Below, one piece after another: positions 59,415-64,000 of a DNA stretch of 64,000 nt. The DNA is taken from positions 1,426,001-1,490,000 of the forward strand of contig BQFW01000004.1 in the NCBI GenBank assembly GCA_020891255.1. Direction: 5' to 3'. Below the pieces are notes generated by a model. The model saw only the letters and a list, made by a program, of their open reading frames with translations. It was not told the DNA's origin and did no database searches. This stretch comes from Entomortierella parvispora E1425. Taxonomy: Eukaryota > Fungi > Mortierellomycota. Each line of letters begins with the position of its first letter. The stretch's first letter is position 1. The translations under genes and the position numbers were made by a program.

Positions 59415-62355
59415 TTAGTGAAAGTATCTGCGCATGAGTGAGGGAACGGACCCCTCCTTCTTGTAAAACGCAATGACCTTGAGAACCTTGGCTGCGACCT
59501 CATCAGGAACAAGTCCAAAGTGCTTATACACGTCCTTGTAAGGTCCTGAGGCACCGAAAGTGTCGATACCAATGGACTCGTGTGCATAGCGGCTCCAGCC
59601 AAAAGTCGACATGGCCTCAACACTGATCGAGGGGATGCCATCCTTCAGCACAGAGACTCTGTATTCGTGAGATTGCTCATCAAACAACGTAGTCGAAGGC
59701 ATGGACACCACGCGAGCCTAAAAAGAGAAAGAGGTAAACGTTTTTTTAGCATACAGCAAGATGAAAAGTGGTGCCTTCTTTGGAACACCTTATTACCTTG
59801 ACACCATGCTCCTTCTCGAGAAGCTCAGCAGCCTCGACACAGAGCGAGGTTTCGGATCCAGTACCGATCAAGGTAACATCAGCGCCCTCGACTTCCTGAA
59901 GTACATATCCTCCCTTAAGAGTCTTCTCGATCGACGATCCCTTGAGCTGAGGTAAGTCCTGACGGGTCAAGGCCAACACAGAGGGACGGTGTTTCGCAGA
60001 GATGGCGTACAGATAGGCGCCAGAAGTCTCGTTTCCGTCAGCGGGGCGCAAATCCACGAGCACAGGTGTCGCACGGATCATGGCCATAGTCTCGATAGGC
60101 TGATGGGTAGGACCGTCCTCACCAAGACCGATCGAGTCGTGAGTCATGATGTAAAGAACACGGTGACCAGAAAGGGCCGAGAGACGGACAGCACCAGAGG
60201 CGTAGCTGATGAAGTTGAGGAAGGTGGCACCGGCGGGAATGAGGCCTCCATAGGCACCGATACCGTTCATGATGGCAGACATACCATGCTCACGAACACC
60301 ATAACGAATGTAACGACCCTTGTAATCTCCAATGTTGCTGCCATCAGGCTGGAAATCCACGGCAGTCTTCCAACGCGTCAGGTTTGATCCCGTCAAGTCT
60401 GCAGATCCAATAATCAATTCGGGCAGGACATCCGCAATGCCGTTCAGAACTGCTTCAGACAGCTTACGGGTAGCCACGGCCTTGTCTGACGGAGTAAAGC
60501 GAGGCAGGGCCTGGGCCCAGTCCTGAGGAAGCTCATTTGCAAGGCAGCGCTTCAACTGCTTGCCCAATTCTGGGTGAGAGGCGGTGTACTTCTGAAGGAG
60601 ATCGTCCCACTCTTGGTTGAGCTTGGCGCCCTTGGAGGCCTTGGCGTGATAAAGATCATAGGTCTCCTTGTTGACGACAAACTTCTCATCGGGGTTGAAA
60701 CCAAAGGCCTTCTTGAGTTGGACGATGTCGTCAGCCTTCAAGGACGATCCGTGAACCTTCTCCGTACCCTGATTCAAAGAACCAAAGCCAATGGTGGTGG
60801 CGACCTTGATCAAGGAGGGCTTGTTCTTGACCTTCTTAGCCTCGTCGATGGCGTGAACGATACTATCAAGATCGGTATTTCCGTCCTTGACGACCTGGGT
60901 ATGCCAGCCATAAGCTTCAAAGCGCTTGACTACGTCCTCCGTAAAAGAGATCTCGGTGTCTCCATCAATTGAGATGTGGTTGTCGTCGTAGATGGCAATG
61001 AGGTTGCCCAATTGCAAATGTCTATTTATGATGGAGAGTGTTAATGTCACATCAAGTTCGTCATCATGACGGTGCGATATGCAAGTGATGAGTAGCTTAC
61101 CCAGCAAGGGAAGCGGCCTCGCTAGCAACACCCTCCTGCATACAGCCATCACCCAAGATCACAAACGTGTGGTTGTTGAAGAGCTCGAAACCGGGCTTGT
61201 TGAAGGTAGCAGCCATGTGGGCCTCGGCGATTGCAAGACCGACAGAGTTACCGAAGCCTTGACCAAGAGGACCCTGCGAACAATGAAGCAAAGAGGTAGG
61301 TGTTGGTAGAGAGCGACAGTAACGAAGGACATGGAGTCCTGGACAACAAAAATATTCGCGCCAATTGCATAATGGGCACACAATGACCAAGTCAAGGTTT
61401 TTTCTTGGGGAAATTGTGTAACAATCATTCGGATGAACGTGGGATCGATTTTTTGATAAAAAATTATGGGCTCTACTTCAAGCCGCAAGTTGCAAGCCGC
61501 ACACACACGTCGCGAGTCAAGCTGCAAGTCGCACCCAAACGTTATCCCTCACAAGCACAAGCATGATTTGACTTACGGTGGTAACTTCAATACCAGTAGT
61601 GATATGGGATTCGGGGTGACCCGGGGTTCTGTCATAATCAGGAGAAATAAATGGTTAGAATCATCATAGTGCCGATATACGGAGTATATCCCTATCGCTT
61701 TACAACGACGATGGCTTCAAACGCTCCCTATCAAATTGACCCCAGAAATAAAAGACCAACACAGTGCACAAGCAATGCACAGCAAGGCTCGCATCCGGAT
61801 TAATCTGGACACGCACGTTTCTTGATCATTCGCCAGATAAACAAATCCCACGTCCAACAAAAAAAAAGATATGACATAAACACCATCACGTACGTGCTGT
61901 TCAATTGACGGAACTGCTTCAAATCGTCCATCGAGGTTGGGTAACCGGCCAGGTGGAGGAGAATGTACTGGAGCGCGCACGCATGTCCGTTCGACAATAC
62001 GAAACGATCGCGATTGGCCTAGGGATCGCAAGAAGAGCTGTCAGCTTTGAGCGTGTTTAACAGCAATTTGATCATGGTCTGCGCAGAGGAAGAGCTTACC
62101 CAGTGCGGGTTCTTGGGGTTATAGTTCAAGTACCTGGAGAAGAGCAGATGTCCGACAGGAGCCAGACCCATAGGTGCACCTAGTTATAAGAGCGAGAAGC
62201 AGTCGTGAGAAAAAGAGGTACACATATCATTCATGCGTGGGAAGACAATGATCTGGGCACTGACCAGGGTGGCCGGAGTTGCTTTTGAAGACGGTGTCAG
62301 CAGCGAGCACACGGATGGTGTTGATGGCACGGGCGTCGTCTTTTGTGAAGGTCAT
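59415..62355 (-). CDS. TKL1: Transketolase
   Basis: [90 protein letters not shown]; six introns. Confidence 0.97.
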
Positions 62356-63033
62356 GATGATAGAATAGGTGTGGGTAGTGGGAAAGGGCGTGAGTGTAGA
62401 GAAGGAAGAGAGGAGAGGGGAGAAAAGGAATAAAACACACGGGTCGTGCGCACACACCGCAACGCAACCACTATGTGTGTCGTCTGTGATTAGACCCTTA
62501 ACACGCCATGGTCCCTGTAGGTGCGGAAAGCAACGAAGCATCTTGACCGGTTTCTTGGGCAGAGAGCAACACAGCAAAAGGACAAAGGACACAGACCAGC
62601 AGGGAACCAAGCCGATGTGGCCCCGCATGCAGGTCATGGCGCAGGGTGTTTGGCAGGGACGCAAAGATACAAACAACAGGGCAGGAACCAAGGGAGATGG
62701 GGTGGTGGCGTCAGAGGGCTCAGCAATGAGACAAACGCGGGAACAAAAGTGACTGACAAATCGATCGATCTGCCGAACTTTCGCGCAGTGCGGTGAGTGC
62801 AGCGAAAGTGAGCGAGGAGCGGGCGATTCAAATAAAAACGTGCCTGGCGCGATCTTTCATTCTTCTTTCCATCACTTGCTTCCTTCCCTTACTCCCTACC
62901 CCTCCTCAACTCTTCGGATTCCCGTCGCCTGGTGTGAACGTTCTCTCATCTAGTCGACATCGGATCTAATCTTGCTCATCCAGCCCTGTCTTCCCCAACG
63001 CGCCGTCTGCTTCAACTCGCAAACTCATTCAAA

Positions 63034-64000
<967 letters not shown>

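Noticed and set aside
59330-59417. Cryptic peroxisomal PTS1 by stop-codon readthrough (checked for TKL, GST and PM20D2)
   Set aside because: The in-frame extensions do not end in SKL-like tripeptides, and the stop contexts are not TGA-CTA.

Overview
Eukaryotic, intron-rich fungal DNA of roughly 50% GC. It is most likely an early-diverging fungus of the Mortierellaceae type; this is inferred from the gene style and the intronless F-box/LRR family. I reconstructed about 22 protein-coding loci by joining exons across GT-AG and GC-AG introns. In order they are: Kel1/Tea1-like kelch protein (partial), DSK2, RIT1, DDT/WHIM ISWI cofactor, MRP49/mL61, GET2/CAML, FTR1, Wee1/Swe1 kinase, a large uncharacterised protein, F-box/LRR no. 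1, MED17, PM20D2 amidohydrolase, a very large RapGAP, F-box/LRR nos. 2 and 3, bleomycin hydrolase, a degenerate Arf-like locus, BCS1, a GT23/FUT8-like fucosyltransferase, a SulP sulfate transporter, GST, transketolase and glutathione reductase (partial). I saw no tRNA, rRNA, CRISPR array or intact mobile element. Best leads: (1) three perfect ATCWGATAA iron-GATA repressor sites at FTR1, one of them inside an intron; (2) an uncharacterised protein that appears to join a talin-F0-like ubiquitin fold to a domain resembling the C-terminus of fungal MHYT proteins; (3) a contiguous SulP-GST-TKL-GLR1 sulfur/glutathione/NADPH neighbourhood with a head-to-head TKL/GLR1 promoter; (4) an F-box/LRR frame interrupted by a single in-frame TAG; (5) a catalytically degenerate Arf-like locus; (6) an MGCxxSK acylation signal on bleomycin hydrolase. 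All family assignments come from motif recognition by eye; no searches were run.
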